Of a stretch of DNA of 64,000 bases, positions 62,301 through 64,000 are shown piece by piece (the stretch's first letter is position 1; each line of letters opens with the position of its first letter). The notes under the pieces are model-generated. The model made no database searches and was not told where the DNA came from. It saw only the letters and a program-made list of their open reading frames with translations. The stretch is from Massalongia carnosa. Its lineage: Eukaryota. Position numbers and translations under genes: made by a program. The stretch covers positions 806,001 to 870,000 of the forward strand of contig OZ287076.1 in assembly GCA_965645245.1 (NCBI GenBank), written 5' to 3'.

Positions 62301-63940
62301 CATGATCTTTACCGCCCTCACCATCTCTTTCGCTATAGGTAGAACGCCGATGGGTGCTCGTATCAAAACCACTTCTATTTACTAAACTTGAACTTGAGTC
62401 TGCTCCAGGTATAGGTAGAGTTGGACTGCGATCAAACACGGAAGCCGAGCTATCATCACCGTGTTGCTGTATGCCAAATTCAGTAACACTCGCTGAAAAC
62501 TCCGGCGCACTTGGAGGCAAAATGGCAAATGCAGCATCTGAAGCCTGCTGGCCTGCAAGACTAGGCGAACCTATATTTGAAGGATACTCAAGAGCTCTTT
62601 GTTTGGCAACTTCGAACGCCTCGATCCAATCTAAAAGTTCGATGTGGGTTTCAGCTTGAAGCAAGGTTGTGGTATCCTTGGTCTTGACTTCGAAGCAAAA
62701 TCGACGTTCTTCCCACACAGCCAACCTTACACTACAGAGTAGCACACCAATTCTCTCGCTTTCTTCCACTCCTCCAGACCGCGAACCTTGAACAAGCCAA
62801 CCAAAAATGCCATTCTTCACATAAAACCATCTTCGAGGCCACACAGTTCTCGTGGGTTTCCCAGTCACAGTACGGATGTTGAGCCAGCCTTGTTTTTCAG
62901 GCCGATTAATCAATCGTTTTTCTTGAGGCTGCCGATTTGCGGTCACCGCCCCTTTACCTCGAAATTTAGAAGCTGACATCGCGCTGTAGTCTTCAAGATC
63001 TCGAGACGGTCGAGAAGCGAGCTCCGCGCTCTCCTCGATTTGTTTCCGCGCACTCTGCAGTTCTTGGCGGAATAGCTTCTCTCCGCTTTCTAAATCTCGA
63101 GCCCATCCTCTAACACGTTCAATATCGCTTCCCCATCGACCCATAGAGCTACCCATGTGCTCTCGAGGATTGCGCATATCTCGCCACTGGTCGGAAACCA
63201 TTTTTACCAGCATCTTATCCAGGGCCATACGCAATGTTGGTGCCAATACTCCAAAGTCCATGGATACTTTGAGGCATGCTTTACGCGCTTCGTGAAGCTG
63301 AAATGCGTCTTCACGAAGCGTAGAGGGTTCTTTCAGTTTTGTCTGCGCAGCATAACGAGATTGGAGATTGTCGAGATTTTTCTGTGATATCTCTAGATTT
63401 CTTCTGGTTTCCTAACCATGAATGGTAAGATAAGAGTCGAGATTAAAGTAATACAGAAAAAGCACGAACCTTAAATACTCGCATATCATTGTAGAGAAAG
63501 GCCCGAATAGGTTCTACCATGTTAGCTTCCATTTTTTTCAAGCCAGATAATGTCGTAGTCCAAAAGTCTCTCACGCCTTCGCCATATCTCCTCATAGCAA
63601 GCAAGGTGTAGTCATGATCAATGACAGCTTCAGATAACAGGGGAGGGGAAGTCACCGCAGACAGGAAGACATTGATACAGGTTTCGAATGCCCCGGTTTC
63701 CTGAGAGAGTTTCGTAACCGATCTTAGGTAGTTTTCTAGCCATTTTTCCAGATAATCTAATTGTTCCGAGAAGTGGGTGAACCCAGATCTGAAGGTGGGC
63801 GAGTCAAGCGCTGCTTCATTGAGCCCTACAGGTCTACACACAATCAGCTGGAGAACATCAAGGAGACACCTCAATACATACATCAATTTAATGGGCTTTC
63901 CATTCTGCCGTCGGGAAGCTATATTAGGTGTGAAAGACAT
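59376..63940 (-). CDS. SIP3: Sip3/Lam1/Ysp1-type membrane-contact sterol transfer protein (BAR-PH-GRAM-like-VASt/StART-TM), multi-exon; start may lie slightly upstream
   Basis: Spliced N-terminus PIKLIPVGLNEAALDSPTFRS (BAR), PH domain EKQGWLNIRTVTGKPTRTVWPRRWFYVKNGIFGWL...ERRFCFEVKT, QFRLLFP...QEFPGRVYVT, VASt ISPKALFHVMFGDRS...YVVTDRKTPWHLP, TM segment, C-terminal RHDLLVALRVINSIERE...CESC. Confidence 0.92.
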
Positions 63941-64000
63941 TTCGTAGAAGCAGTTCTTTGTAGGCATGGAGTGTTTTGTGGAAAAGCTCATCGGGCTTAC

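Overview
Eukaryotic, intron-containing DNA from a filamentous ascomycete (GT-AG introns of about 45-175 nt with CTRAC-like branch points; genes typical of Pezizomycotina). Two gene-dense flanks surround a ~23 kb accessory or decayed island. The left flank (1-20.8 kb) holds SCO1, a large disordered coiled-coil protein, an orphan ORF, YAE1, a ~1010-aa non-canonical aromatic amino acid decarboxylase (ncAAAD), ATG29 and an acetyl-CoA transporter. The right flank (44.7-64 kb) holds a membrane protein with a charged-helix repeat, a DUF4097-like protein, a Tc1/mariner end fragment, a TPR-DnaJ co-chaperone, a Rua1_C/Mug152-like protein and a SIP3/LAM-type BAR-PH-VASt protein. The island (~21-43.7 kb) contains pseudogenes with RIP-like C>T/G>A stops (CorA-like, a caspase-fold clan CD protease, others), a 154-bp solo LTR with a 5-bp target-site duplication, an F-box-like ORF, an initiator tRNA-Met and an intact orphan 771-aa secreted Cys-rich protein. 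The most notable signals are: (i) a 169-codon open in-frame extension inside a 671-nt stretch with no ATG in any frame, suggesting non-AUG initiation of the 2756-5548 gene; (ii) a divergent caspase-like protease broken only by two stops at plausible Trp positions; (iii) the orphan secreted protein; (iv) 5-nt and 10-nt micro-exons. All family assignments come from motif recognition by eye; no database searches were run.
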